A stretch of DNA of 64,000 nucleotides from Eubacteriales bacterium (GTDB taxonomy: Bacteria; Bacillota; Clostridia; Oscillospirales; QAKW01): assembly GCA_045544255.1 (NCBI GenBank), contig JAZPYP010000007.1, forward strand, positions 10,300 to 74,299. Reading direction: 5' to 3'. This document shows positions 1 through 9,529 of the stretch, piece by piece. The position numbers and the translations under genes were made by a program. Within the stretch, counting starts at the first letter, position 1, and each line of letters starts with the position of its first letter. The notes beneath the pieces were generated by a model. It worked only from the letters and a program-made list of their open reading frames with translations. It had not been told where the DNA came from and searched no databases.

Positions 1-25
1 CTGATGATGCAATGCACCTCTATCG
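1..25 (-). ncRNA. 5' end of a probable lysine riboswitch, cut by the window edge
   Basis: Minus strand reads GATAGAGGTGCATTGCATCATCAG directly after a promoter, resembling the AGAGGUGC...AGUA start of lysine riboswitches. Only about 25 nt are visible. Confidence 0.5.
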
Positions 26-33
26 TTGAGTAG

Positions 34-62
34 AGGATAGCATAGGTGCCTCAAAAAGTCAA
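34..62 (-). promoter_or_regulatory. sigma70/sigmaA-type promoter
   Basis: TTGACT-N17-TATCCT with an extended -10 TG on the minus strand. Confidence 0.55.
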
Positions 63-132
63 CCCCTCAAAAGGGATTTTGGCTGACTGCCCAACTTTCA
101 TTTATGCAATAAAGAAAAAATGAGCAGGTTGC

Positions 133-951
133 TTAAAAATCAATCGTCTCGCCCGAATCGATCTTGATCAGATCTTTTCCGTTTGTAGAAAACCAAAGGG
201 TATAAAGGGTGGGATTATAAACCCTTCTGCCATCGGCCGAGAACTGCAGTTGCTTGAATGCCTCAATATAAGCGAAAATCTCCATATTGGTGGCATACCA
301 GATATCTTCTCTGCCGCCCATATATTCCGCAAATTCTTCGATAACATTCCAATTATCGTTATCGTCAAATTCATAGCTATGGCCCCAAAGATAGAAAAGC
401 TCAGAGCGATATTTAACGTTCTTTTCCGCAAAGGTTTTAGCAAGCTCCATCAGGCGGGGGTTATTATGATGGCAGGTGGCGGGAAGGCGCGCCCAATCAT
501 CGGAAATTTTGAATTTTTCGGTGGAAACAGTGGTGCGGGAATAAAGGATCCCCAGATCCTTCAGCCGATCGGCAAGCGCATCGGAAAAGGTGCCCATGGG
601 ATAAGCCATCCCGCGGCAAACGCCGCCGAAAAGCCGCTCGATCTCCTCCCGATCCTTGCGGATCTCCTCAAAGGCAAGATGCAGAGGAAGCTGCTCCAGA
701 AAGGGATGGGTATAGGAGTGCACCGCCACTTCCATGCCGCTGTCGGTATAGAGATCCACTGCTTCTTGCTCGGTCATTCTTCTGCTGATGCCGGGCTCCT
801 TGGCAAAAAGGCCGGTATTGATATTAAAGGTGCCTTTGAGGCCATGCTTTTGCATGATCTCGATCAAGCGTTTATCTTGAATCACAGCATCGTCGTAGCT
901 TAAGGTCAGCGCCTTTTTGAGGCCGTTGGGATAGCGCAGATAGGTATTCAT
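133..951 (-). CDS. Polysaccharide deacetylase (CE4/NodB-like), copy 1
   Basis: TLSYDD, HSYTHP and LWGHSYE motifs; AGGAG Shine-Dalgarno. Confidence 0.9.
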   Translation of the reverse strand: MNTYLRYPNGLKKALTLSYDDAVIQDKRLIEIMQKHGLKGTFNINTGLFAKEPGISRRMTEQEAVDLYTDSGMEVAVHSYTHPFLEQLPLHLAFEEIRKDREEIERLFGGVCRGMAYPMGTFSDALADRLKDLGILYSRTTVSTEKFKISDDWARLPATCHHNNPRLMELAKTFAEKNVKYRSELFYLWGHSYEFDDNDNWNVIEEFAEYMGGREDIWYATNMEIFAYIEAFKQLQFSADGRRVYNPTLYTLWFSTNGKDLIKIDSGETIDF

Positions 952-1027
952 GGCATAGTTCTCCTTTTAGTTATCATACATAATCATTATAACATATCTT
1001 TTTTAAAAGTAAATATATATAAAATAA

Positions 1028-1063
1028 AAAAGAGCGGAAAATTCTGCATTTTTCGCTCTTTTT
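1028..1063 (-). terminator. Terminator-like hairpin, duplicated copy
   Basis: AAAAGAGCGGAAAA...TTTTTCGCTCTTTT, similar to the hairpin at 2010-2045. Confidence 0.6.
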
Positions 1064-1117
1064 ATTTTGATATGTCTTTCGTTGAGCAAGTTCTATAAAG
1101 CAAAATGCGCAGGTTGC

Positions 1118-1936
1118 TTAAAAATCAATCGTCTCGCCCGGATCAACCTTGATCAGGTCTTTTCCGTTGGTGGAAAACCAAAGGGTATAAAGGGTGGGAT
1201 TATAAACCCTTCTGCCATCGGCGGAAAATTGCAGTTGCTTGAAGGCTTCAATATAAGAGAAGATCTCAATATTAGTGGCATACCAGATATCCTCTCTGCC
1301 GCCCATATATTCCGCAAACTCTTCGATAACATTCCAATTATCATTATCATCAAATTCATAGCTATGGCCCCAAAGATAGAAAAGCTCGGAGCGGAATCGC
1401 ACATTTCTTTCCGCAAATTTTTTGGCAAGCTCCATCAGGCGGGGGTTATTATGATGGCAGGTGGCGGGAAGGCGCGCCCAATCGGTGGGCAGAGTGAAGC
1501 CTTCGGTGGAATCGGTGGTGCGGGAATAAAGGATTCCCAGATCCTTCAGCCCATCGGCCAGCGCATCGGTAAAGCTATTATTAGGATAGGCCATCCCGCG
1601 GCAAATTCCGCCGAAAAGCCGCTCGATCTCTTCCCGATCTTTGCGGATCTCTTCAAAGGCAAGATGCAAAGGGAGCAGTTCCAAGAAGGGGTGGGTATAG
1701 GAATGAACTGCCACTTCCATGCCGCTGTCGGTATAGAGTTCCACTGCCTCTTTCTCGGTCATTTTTCTGCTGATGCCGGGTTCCTTGGCAAAAAGGCCGG
1801 TATTGATATTAAAGGTGCCTTTAAGGCCATACTTTTGCATGATTTCGATCAGGCGTTTATCTTGGATAACACCATCGTCGTAGCTTAAGGTGAGCGCCTT
1901 TTTGAGGCCGTCGGGGTAGCGTAAATAGGTATTCAT
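1118..1936 (-). CDS. Polysaccharide deacetylase (CE4/NodB-like), copy 2
   Basis: Close paralog of 133..951. Start set at the second Met, which follows GGAG and matches copy 1. Confidence 0.9.
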   Translation of the reverse strand: MNTYLRYPDGLKKALTLSYDDGVIQDKRLIEIMQKYGLKGTFNINTGLFAKEPGISRKMTEKEAVELYTDSGMEVAVHSYTHPFLELLPLHLAFEEIRKDREEIERLFGGICRGMAYPNNSFTDALADGLKDLGILYSRTTDSTEGFTLPTDWARLPATCHHNNPRLMELAKKFAERNVRFRSELFYLWGHSYEFDDNDNWNVIEEFAEYMGGREDIWYATNIEIFSYIEAFKQLQFSADGRRVYNPTLYTLWFSTNGKDLIKVDPGETIDF

Positions 1937-2009
1937 GGTTTGGTTCTCCATTTATTCAATAATTGAAATTATTATAACGGATCTTTTCCAAATGTAAATA
2001 TTCATAATT

Positions 2010-2045
2010 AAAAGAGCGGAAAACCTTACATTTTCCGCTCTTTTT
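2010..2045 (-). terminator. Intrinsic terminator after ilvE
   Basis: AAAAGAGCGGAAAA-loop-TTTTCCGCTCTTTT. Confidence 0.7.
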
Positions 2046-2054
2046 ATCCTATTT

Positions 2055-3119
2055 TTATTTCACTTCGGTGATCCAGCCGCGGGTATCCTCTTTCTTGCCC
2101 CACTGAATACCGGTCAGCTCATCATAAAGCTTCTGGGTTACAGGGCCGATTTTATTCTCGTTGATGCAGAAAACCTCATCGCCGAGGGCCAGATGGCCAA
2201 CAGGGGAAACCACTGCTGCGGTACCAGTGCCCCACATTTCTTCCAGAGTGCCATCCTTGCAGGCGGCAGTGATCTCATCTACACTGATCCGCCGCTCTTC
2301 CACCTCGTAGCCCATATCTTTAAGCAATTCGATGCAGGATTTTCTGGTAATACCGGGGAGCACAGTGCCGATCAGATCGGGGGTAACGATCTTGCCCGCG
2401 ATCTTGAACATAACGTTCATGGCGCCCACTTCTTCGATATATTTCTGATGCACACCATCCAGCCAAAGCACTTGGGTATAGCCCTTTTGCTCGGCTCTGT
2501 AGCCTGCCCGATTGGAGGCTGCATAGTTACCGCCGCACTTGGCATAGCCGGTGCCGCCCCGCACAGCCCGCACATCCTGGGTTTCGATCATGATCTTCAC
2601 CGGATTGATACCCTCTTTATAATAGCTGCCGCTGGGGGAGGCGATGATCACAAACATGGCATGATGAATGGTATGGAGCCCCAAAGCCGCATCGCTTGCA
2701 AAAAGGAAGGGGCGCAGATAAAGAGAAGTGCCGAAGGAATGGGGAACCCAATCTTTCTCCACTTCCATCAAAGCCATAACTGCTTCCATGAAATCTTCCG
2801 GCTCCACTGCGGGAATGCAAAGGCGCTCGGCGCTATTCTTCAGCCGAATGGCGTTCTCCATGGGGCGGAAGAGCTGCACCTTACCTTCGGCGGTGCGATA
2901 GGCCTTCATGCCCTCGAAAACTTCAGCGCCATAATGGAAAACCGCAGCGCTGGGAGGAAGCTCCAGATTACCATAGGGCACGATTCTTGCATCGTGCCAA
3001 CCCATTCCATCATCATATTCCATAATAAACATATGATCGGAAAAGGCGGTACCAAAGCCAAGGGTGGATTCTTCAGGCTTTTCTTTTGGGGTTTGGGTTT
3101 TAAAAATCTTAATGTCCAT
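2055..3119 (-). CDS. ilvE: Branched-chain amino acid aminotransferase
   Basis: HYGAEVFEGMKAY, AKCGGNYA (PLP lysine), LPGITR and GTGTAAVVSPV motifs. Confidence 0.95.
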   Translation of the reverse strand: MDIKIFKTQTPKEKPEESTLGFGTAFSDHMFIMEYDDGMGWHDARIVPYGNLELPPSAAVFHYGAEVFEGMKAYRTAEGKVQLFRPMENAIRLKNSAERLCIPAVEPEDFMEAVMALMEVEKDWVPHSFGTSLYLRPFLFASDAALGLHTIHHAMFVIIASPSGSYYKEGINPVKIMIETQDVRAVRGGTGYAKCGGNYAASNRAGYRAEQKGYTQVLWLDGVHQKYIEEVGAMNVMFKIAGKIVTPDLIGTVLPGITRKSCIELLKDMGYEVEERRISVDEITAACKDGTLEEMWGTGTAAVVSPVGHLALGDEVFCINENKIGPVTQKLYDELTGIQWGKKEDTRGWITEVK

Positions 3120-3203
3120 TCTTTATATCCTCCTTCGGTGGGCAATGGGAATTTAAAAATATTAGTAAAATAATAGCACCATGAAAAAAAGTTGTCAAGA
3201 TTT

Positions 3204-3881
3204 TCAGGCGCGTTTTTCGATGGAAAGGACTGTTAAAACCTGCCCCTCCACCTTGAATTGCAGGGAATAGGGGCCATAATCCATGGAATAGATCCGCGCG
3301 GGATCCTCCTGATAAGCGGGGCGGGGATCCTGCTCCAAAAGGGAAAGAAGAATCTCCCGCTCCGCAGGGCGCACCTTTTCAAGGAGCGCAGGGGCACATT
3401 CCGCCTTGAGGGGGCCCTGCTTTTTAGTATCGGCAAAGCCGCCGAGGGCTTCGGGGTGCGAGTCGGTATAGGCAAGATAGGGCTTAATATCAAAGATGGG
3501 AGTGCCGTCTAAAAGATCGGCGCCCTCAATAATCAGGATCGGCCCTTCGGGGCTTTGGGGAATGATCTCCAAAAGCCGCACTGATGAGAGCCCCAAGGCA
3601 TTGGGGCGATAGGGGGAGCGAGTGGCGAAAACACCCATGCGGGCATTGCCCCCAAGCCGCGGGGGCCGCACAGTTGGCGACCAGCCCTCCCTTTGGGCTT
3701 TGGAAAATTGCCATATCAGCCAAAGATGCGAAAAATCCGAAAGCCCTTTCAGGGCATCGGCATTCCGATAGGGGGGCTCAAAGATAATTTTTGCGCGGGT
3801 GCCCACCAAGCCGCTTTGCCGAGGAATTCCGAATTTTTCGTTGAAATCGCATCGAATGCGGGCGATGATTTGAAGCTCCAT
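3204..3881 (-). CDS. trmO: tRNA m6t6A37 methyltransferase TrmO (TsaA)
   Basis: KFGIPRQSG, GVFATRSPYRPN, DGTPIFDIKPY and QDPRPAY motifs. Confidence 0.92.
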   Translation of the reverse strand: MELQIIARIRCDFNEKFGIPRQSGLVGTRAKIIFEPPYRNADALKGLSDFSHLWLIWQFSKAQREGWSPTVRPPRLGGNARMGVFATRSPYRPNALGLSSVRLLEIIPQSPEGPILIIEGADLLDGTPIFDIKPYLAYTDSHPEALGGFADTKKQGPLKAECAPALLEKVRPAEREILLSLLEQDPRPAYQEDPARIYSMDYGPYSLQFKVEGQVLTVLSIEKRA

Positions 3882-3890
3882 AAAAATCTC

Positions 3891-4214
3891 CTAAAAGATA
3901 AGTTGAATCAAAAGCATATAGCAAATGGTGCCTGCCGCAATGGAAAGCAGCATATTCCTTCTCCATAAATGTAATCCCACCACAATGGTAATGGAGATCA
4001 GCTCCGGCAGGCCATGGCTCCCCGAAAGGATCGATACATCTTTAAGGCAATATACCACCAGCATGGAAAAGATGGCGGCGGGCAGCGCCTTGCCGAGATA
4101 TTGAATATAGCGGGGCGTTTTGCCGCTGCGAAAGAGTAAAAAGGGAAGAAAGCGGGTCAGCATAGTGCCGCCGGCGCAGATGGCAATGGTAATGATCTCT
4201 TGAGCAAGTGTCAT
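3891..4214 (-). CDS. azlD: AzlD-family branched-chain amino acid exporter, small subunit
   Basis: TRFLPF...YLGKALP motif; 107-aa hydrophobic protein overlapping azlC. Confidence 0.88.
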   Translation of the reverse strand: MTLAQEIITIAICAGGTMLTRFLPFLLFRSGKTPRYIQYLGKALPAAIFSMLVVYCLKDVSILSGSHGLPELISITIVVGLHLWRRNMLLSIAAGTICYMLLIQLIF

Positions 4215-4921
4215 TGAAGGCCACCTGCTTTCTCAATGGGCTTCTTAAAGAAGGTCAGCCCCGCCAAAATGCAGATCATGGTGGGAATCAAGAAGGATTC
4301 GGCCCCAAAGCCCAAAAGGCAAAGAAGGGAAGCAATCAGGCCGATCAGGGCTGTATAATGCTTCTTTTCCTTGAGCCATTGCTCCAAAAAGATCACCACA
4401 AATAAAGCGGTCATTACAAATTCAAGCCCTTCGGGGTTGATGGGAATATAAGCGCCGAAAATCCCGCCGAGAGCGGCGCCGCTTACCCAATAGGATTGAT
4501 TTAAAAGGGTAACGAAAAACATAAACCAACCGGCATCGGCATTTTCGGGGATTTTAGCGGAATAGTTGATAGAAAAGCTTTCGTCGCACATGCCGAAGAT
4601 GAGATATCCCTTCTTCCAACCGGTCCCCTTATATTTTTCCAGCATGGAGATGCCATAGAAAAGATGCCGCGCCTGAATCATCAGCGTTATTAAAAGGGTT
4701 TGCAAGGGGGCAAAGCTCCCCATCAGCAGCGATACCGCCACAAACTCCAAAGAGCCGCCGAAAATGGTAAGGGCCATCAGCATGGGATAGAGAAAGGAAA
4801 ATCCCATAGAGCGCATATAAAAGCCATAGGAGAAGCCCAAAAAGAGAAATCCCGCAAGAATCGGCATGGTTTGGGGAAGGGCCGCAAGAAAGCTTCTTTT
4901 AATCAGAGCGGAGCGCTTCAT
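4211..4921 (-). CDS. azlC: AzlC-family branched-chain amino acid exporter, large subunit
   Basis: [15 protein letters not shown] and MCDESF motifs. Confidence 0.9.
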   Translation of the reverse strand: MKRSALIKRSFLAALPQTMPILAGFLFLGFSYGFYMRSMGFSFLYPMLMALTIFGGSLEFVAVSLLMGSFAPLQTLLITLMIQARHLFYGISMLEKYKGTGWKKGYLIFGMCDESFSINYSAKIPENADAGWFMFFVTLLNQSYWVSGAALGGIFGAYIPINPEGLEFVMTALFVVIFLEQWLKEKKHYTALIGLIASLLCLLGFGAESFLIPTMICILAGLTFFKKPIEKAGGLQ

Positions 4922-6576
4922 TTTTGCTCGCCTTCCACAATTTCAGTGGCTCTTTTAAGGGCATCATCAATATGGGGCAGAAAATGTTCCTTGCCCACCA
5001 TTTTAATAAAGCCTGCCTTCTTCATGGTGCGCATGGGTTGGGCATTTACATGGGAGAAGACGATATAGATATCTTTCTTTTTGCATCGGGCATAAAGGGC
5101 CTCCAAGGCGTTCATGGCGGTGGCATCAATGGCAGAAACGCTTCTCATGCGCAGCACCAGGCAGCGGGTGCCGCCGCGGGTGCTGATCTCGGCGATGCGG
5201 TCTGCCGCACCGAAGAAGAGGGGGCCGCTGATCTCATAAATACGCACTCCCTTGGGCACCGGCCGCAAAGAGGCGGTATCGTCCCATTCCTCTTCGGAAT
5301 ATTTCCAGCTCCGAATATCGGTTTCCTCGCTCATGCGCTTCATAAAGAGCACGCAAGCAAGCACAATGCCAACAACGATGGCAACCACAAGATCGAAGAT
5401 CACCGTGAGCAAGAAGGTAACCACCAAAACGATGATATCGCTCTTGGGCGCGGTTTTCAAAAGATGAAGGAAGGGCCGCCATTGGCACATATTATAGGCA
5501 ACATGGAAGAGAATCGCCGCGATCACCGGCATGGGGATCAGAGCCGCATAGGGCATCAGCAAAACTAAAATCAGCAGCAGGACCACTGCATGAACCATGC
5601 CTGCAATGGGGCTTTTGCCGCCGCTTTTAATATTGGCAGCGGTGCGGGCGATGGCGCCGGTGGCGGGAATGCCGCCGAAGAGGGCGGAGCCCAGATTGCC
5701 GATTCCCTGCGCCACAAGCTCTGCATTGGAGCGATGCTTGCTATTGGTCATGCCATCGGCCACCACGCAAGAAAGCAGGGATTCAATGGCCGCCAAGATG
5801 GCAATGGTAAAGGCATCGGGCAAAACGGCCTTAACCAGCCCTATATTGAAGGTTGGCAGATGGAATTTGGGAAGGGCGCTGCTAACAGAATAGAGATCAC
5901 CAATGGTATTGACCTGCAGATCAAAGCCGGCCACCAAGCCGATCCCTGCCAAAACAGCCACCAAAGAACCGGGAATCTTATTCAGATAGGGGATCTTGGG
6001 CCAGAAGATGAGAATGGCAAGGGCCAGAAGGCCCACCAAAACAGCCCATAAATTCACAGTATGAAAATGATGAACCACCGCTTCGATCTTTTCAATCGTT
6101 TCGATGGGGGCAACCCCTTCGCCATAGGTGAGGCCGAAGAAATCCTTTAACTGCCCCACCAAAATGGTTACAGCGATGCCGGCAGTAAAGCCGGTGGTAA
6201 TGGTGAAGGGAATGAACTTAATAAGGCTTCCCAACTTGAAAATGCCCATCAGGATCAAAATAATGCCGGCCATCACAGTGGCAATAATCAATCCTTCCAT
6301 TCCGTTGGTGGCCACAATTCCTGCCACAATGGTGGCAAAGGCGGCGGTGGGCCCCGCGATCTGCACCTTGGAGCCGCCGAAGAAGGAAATTAAAAATCCT
6401 GCAATGATCGCGGTATAAAGCCCTTCTTCCGGCCCCACTCCCGAAGCCAGCGCCAAAGCGATGGAAAGGGGCAGGGCGATGATGGCAACGATCACGCCTG
6501 CGATAATATCATTGATCAAATCCTTTCCCTTATATCCTTTAAGGGAAGAGAAAAGCATCGGTTTTAAATCTTTCAT
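4918..6576 (-). CDS. SulP/SLC26 anion permease with STAS domain
   Basis: PLSIALALASG, QIAGPTAAF, GAIARTAAN; C-terminal GPLFFGAA...IDATA STAS domain. Confidence 0.92.
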   Translation of the reverse strand: MKDLKPMLFSSLKGYKGKDLINDIIAGVIVAIIALPLSIALALASGVGPEEGLYTAIIAGFLISFFGGSKVQIAGPTAAFATIVAGIVATNGMEGLIIATVMAGIILILMGIFKLGSLIKFIPFTITTGFTAGIAVTILVGQLKDFFGLTYGEGVAPIETIEKIEAVVHHFHTVNLWAVLVGLLALAILIFWPKIPYLNKIPGSLVAVLAGIGLVAGFDLQVNTIGDLYSVSSALPKFHLPTFNIGLVKAVLPDAFTIAILAAIESLLSCVVADGMTNSKHRSNAELVAQGIGNLGSALFGGIPATGAIARTAANIKSGGKSPIAGMVHAVVLLLILVLLMPYAALIPMPVIAAILFHVAYNMCQWRPFLHLLKTAPKSDIIVLVVTFLLTVIFDLVVAIVVGIVLACVLFMKRMSEETDIRSWKYSEEEWDDTASLRPVPKGVRIYEISGPLFFGAADRIAEISTRGGTRCLVLRMRSVSAIDATAMNALEALYARCKKKDIYIVFSHVNAQPMRTMKKAGFIKMVGKEHFLPHIDDALKRATEIVEGEQK

Positions 6577-6636
6577 AAAATCCTCCGTATTCTATCTTTA
6601 AAAGCAATTTATTATAAATCTATAAAGAGAATGCTG

Positions 6637-7512
6637 TCAAGTATTTTCTCGGCTGCCTTTTTTGCGCCAGCCAAGGGGGGTGCAATGGTAATGTTTTTTA
6701 AATTCCCGAAAGAAGGTATTTTTGTTGGTAAAGCCCATGGAAGCGGCAATTTTTTCAACCCCTTCATCGGAGGAGCGAAGAAGCTCCGCTGCCCCCTGAA
6801 GCCGTCGTTTCAACAAAATTTTACGCAAGGGTTCCCCATAGTTTTTTTCCACAATGCGGGAAAGCTGCCGCTTGCTGATGAACAGAAGCTCTGCAATCTC
6901 TTCGTTGGTGAAATTTTGGGAGAAATTCATATTGATGATGTCATCCAGCTTTAAAAGCCGATCGATATTTTTTTCCGGTTCTTTCGCCTCTTTTTCCATT
7001 CTTTTCTTGGCTGCCGGCAACTTGATGAATTCCGCCAAGAAGGATAAAAGGCCGGAAAGCTCTTCTTGGGCCCCAAGGCGATGGCAACGCTCCATCAGGC
7101 GGCAAAGGGCGGGTTGATTTTGAAAAAGAACGACCTCTTTCCCGCTCAATAGCTGCTTTGCTTTTTCAAATAGATCGGTGGCTTCAATATGGGGGATTTT
7201 GCGGAAGCTGATGCCGATATCAACCCATTTTGCATCGGGGGAGGGATCAAAAAGCATCATATGCTCCACCCCCGAAGGGACAATGGCAAGATCCCCCGCT
7301 TTGAGGGTATGCACCTGCCCGCAAAAATCCAAGATGGAGATCTGCCCCATCAGGCAGCCAAAGAGCTCGGCAAAGGAATGGGTATGCAACTGATGCCGCA
7401 AGGGAGACTCCTCTTGCGGCTGATGGGGATCTTTGCTTTGGAAGAGAAAGCAGATCTGCAGGTTCTCTACCGTTATATTTTTTTGATTGGTTGGGTGAAT
7501 ATTGAAAATCAT
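6637..7512 (-). CDS. AraC-family transcriptional regulator
   Basis: Cupin HTHSFAEL and C-terminal double HTH (GF..KNTFFREFKKHYHCTP). Start trimmed to MIFNIH because the upstream frame overlaps the divergent gene. Confidence 0.85.
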   Translation of the reverse strand: MIFNIHPTNQKNITVENLQICFLFQSKDPHQPQEESPLRHQLHTHSFAELFGCLMGQISILDFCGQVHTLKAGDLAIVPSGVEHMMLFDPSPDAKWVDIGISFRKIPHIEATDLFEKAKQLLSGKEVVLFQNQPALCRLMERCHRLGAQEELSGLLSFLAEFIKLPAAKKRMEKEAKEPEKNIDRLLKLDDIINMNFSQNFTNEEIAELLFISKRQLSRIVEKNYGEPLRKILLKRRLQGAAELLRSSDEGVEKIAASMGFTNKNTFFREFKKHYHCTPLGWRKKGSRENT

Positions 7513-7648
7513 AGATTGATAATACCGATTTGCGCCATAAATGTCAATAAAAAGTGTCAAAAAAAGACATATAAAAATGAAAAATGGCTTTGGGGAGGGT
7601 TTTATTTTGAAAAAAACTATGGTAAAATGCCGCAAGAGGTGATAATTG

Positions 7649-8788
7649 ATGAAAAAATGCGGCAGAGAGGTGCTCTTTATTTCCACCGGCGAGAGAAATC
7701 CTCGCAATGGAGAGGGATCTTTTGTTCGATTAAAAGACGGCGGCATTATGCACGCCTATACCGAATATTTCGGTGATAGCCGAGAGGATGAGGCAATTGC
7801 GCGGCTTTGCGCGGTAATCTCCCATGATGAGGGGGAAAGCTGGGGAGAGCGGCAGGTGCTTTTAGAGAAGGCGCCGGAAGAGCAAAACATTATGTCGCCC
7901 AGCCTTTTTCGCTTGAAAAACGGGGACCTTGGCATGGTTTATCTGCGCAAGATGGATGAAGGGGAGATCGGAATCACTTGCATGCCGGTATTCCGTTCCT
8001 CTGCCGATGAGGGCAAAAGCTGGAGCGATTTTTCCTTTTGCATGGAGGAACTTGGCTATTATTGCGGGATCAATGATGCGATCAATCCCACCCAAAGCGG
8101 AAGGATCTGGCTGCCCCTTTCTTATCATGGCCTTGGCTATCGGGAGGGGCATATGATCCCAAAGGATCGGGCGGCAGAGATCCGCTTCGCCTATTCCGAC
8201 GACGATGGAAAAACCTGGCATTCCCATAATAATGCGATCTGCTCCCCCTATGAAGATATTCGCGGTTTTGCAGAGCCGGGGATCATGGAGCTGCCCGATG
8301 GCAGGCTCTGGAGTTGGTTCCGCAGCGGGTATGGATTTCAATACCAAAGCTATTCTTCCGATGGGGGCAAAACATGGTCGGCGCCCATTCCCAATTTCTT
8401 TTTCACCTCTCCCGATGCGCCCATGCGGGTGCGCAAGGTAGCAAACTATACCGTTGCGATTTGGAACCCTATTCCGCTTCATGCGGCAACCGAGCGAATG
8501 GAGATCTGGGAAAGCGGCAAACGCTCGCCCTTGGCCTGCGCAGTTTCCTTGGATGGCGGCCTCTCCTTTGATTGCAAGGGGAAATGCCTTGCGGGCAGAG
8601 GCTTGAAAGCCTTTAAAGAGCAGGTTATTCTTTTGGAAGATGATCCTATCAATAGCTATTGCTATCCGGCAATTATTGAAGCGGAAGATGGCTTTTTGGT
8701 TTCTTATTACCATTCCAATAATGAGGAAAATTGCCTTAATTGCACCAAAATTATAAAGGTAGGATATGATGAACTGGAAAATATTTAA
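7649..8788 (+). CDS. Sialidase-like/BNR (Asp-box) beta-propeller glycoside hydrolase
   Basis: Several SxDxGxS/TW Asp-boxes (SHDEGESW, SADEGKSW, SDDDGKTW, SSDGGKTW, SLDGGLSF) and a C-terminal YCYP; no signal peptide. Confidence 0.8.
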   Translation: MKKCGREVLFISTGERNPRNGEGSFVRLKDGGIMHAYTEYFGDSREDEAIARLCAVISHDEGESWGERQVLLEKAPEEQNIMSPSLFRLKNGDLGMVYLRKMDEGEIGITCMPVFRSSADEGKSWSDFSFCMEELGYYCGINDAINPTQSGRIWLPLSYHGLGYREGHMIPKDRAAEIRFAYSDDDGKTWHSHNNAICSPYEDIRGFAEPGIMELPDGRLWSWFRSGYGFQYQSYSSDGGKTWSAPIPNFFFTSPDAPMRVRKVANYTVAIWNPIPLHAATERMEIWESGKRSPLACAVSLDGGLSFDCKGKCLAGRGLKAFKEQVILLEDDPINSYCYPAIIEAEDGFLVSYYHSNNEENCLNCTKIIKVGYDELENI

Positions 8789-9449
8789 GCGCCATTGGGA
8801 GCCTTTGGAAATCCTGCTGATGATCACTATGGTTTTGGTTACCATTGCTTCCGTTATTGTGAAGCAGGCAGTGATTCGGGTTATGCCCCTTTATGTATCG
8901 ATGGTGATCTCGCTGCTACTGTCGCGGGTGAATCGCTATGCCTATCTTTTGGGCGGCATCAATTCGATCGCTTATGGATTTATTGCTCTTTATTATAAGA
9001 TCCCCGGCAGCGCCATCAACGCTTTTTGCTTCAGCTTTCCTTTGCAGATCCTTTCCTTTATTCGCTGGAGCAGAAGCCCATGGAAGAATACCACAATATT
9101 GAAAAAAATGACCTTGCGAGGCAGGGCTTTAAATTTGGCGCTGCTGATCGGCGGAGGTTGCGGCTATTATTTTGTCATCCGTGCGCTGGGCTCCGCAAGT
9201 TCACTGATCGATGCGGCGGCCTCTCTCCTTGGAATCTATATCACCATTTTGCAACTGCTGAAATATTCGGAATATACCTATCTGATGATCCCATCGGGGC
9301 TGATGACCATTTCTCTCTATATTTCCCTGATGGCAAAGGGCAATATGGAGCAGCTTCCTTTTTTGGTATATGCCTGTTTCTCGCTCCTTTGCAGTATTCG
9401 GGCGGTGGGGCAGGTAAGGCTTATTTTAAAAGCGCAAAAAGCAACCTGA
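8766..9449 (+). CDS. PnuC-like membrane transporter
   Basis: About 7 hydrophobic segments; pattern (YLLGGINSIAY, FIRWSR, SLIDA) resembles the PnuC family. Confidence 0.6.
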   Translation: MMNWKIFKRHWEPLEILLMITMVLVTIASVIVKQAVIRVMPLYVSMVISLLLSRVNRYAYLLGGINSIAYGFIALYYKIPGSAINAFCFSFPLQILSFIRWSRSPWKNTTILKKMTLRGRALNLALLIGGGCGYYFVIRALGSASSLIDAAASLLGIYITILQLLKYSEYTYLMIPSGLMTISLYISLMAKGNMEQLPFLVYACFSLLCSIRAVGQVRLILKAQKAT

Positions 9450-9467
9450 AATCAGGTTGCTTTTTGC
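9434..9467 (+). terminator. Intrinsic terminator
   Basis: GCAAAAAGCAACCTGA-AA-TCAGGTTGCTTTTTGC followed by a T run. Confidence 0.7.
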
Positions 9468-9529
9468 TTTTTTAGGTTGATTTTTTGCCGATGTTCATGT
9501 AAACTGAAGAAAATGGAGGTGCATAAAAT

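Noticed and set aside
7513-7746. Long N-terminal extension of the AraC ORF
   Set aside because: Runs through the AT-rich divergent promoter region and overlaps the opposite gene
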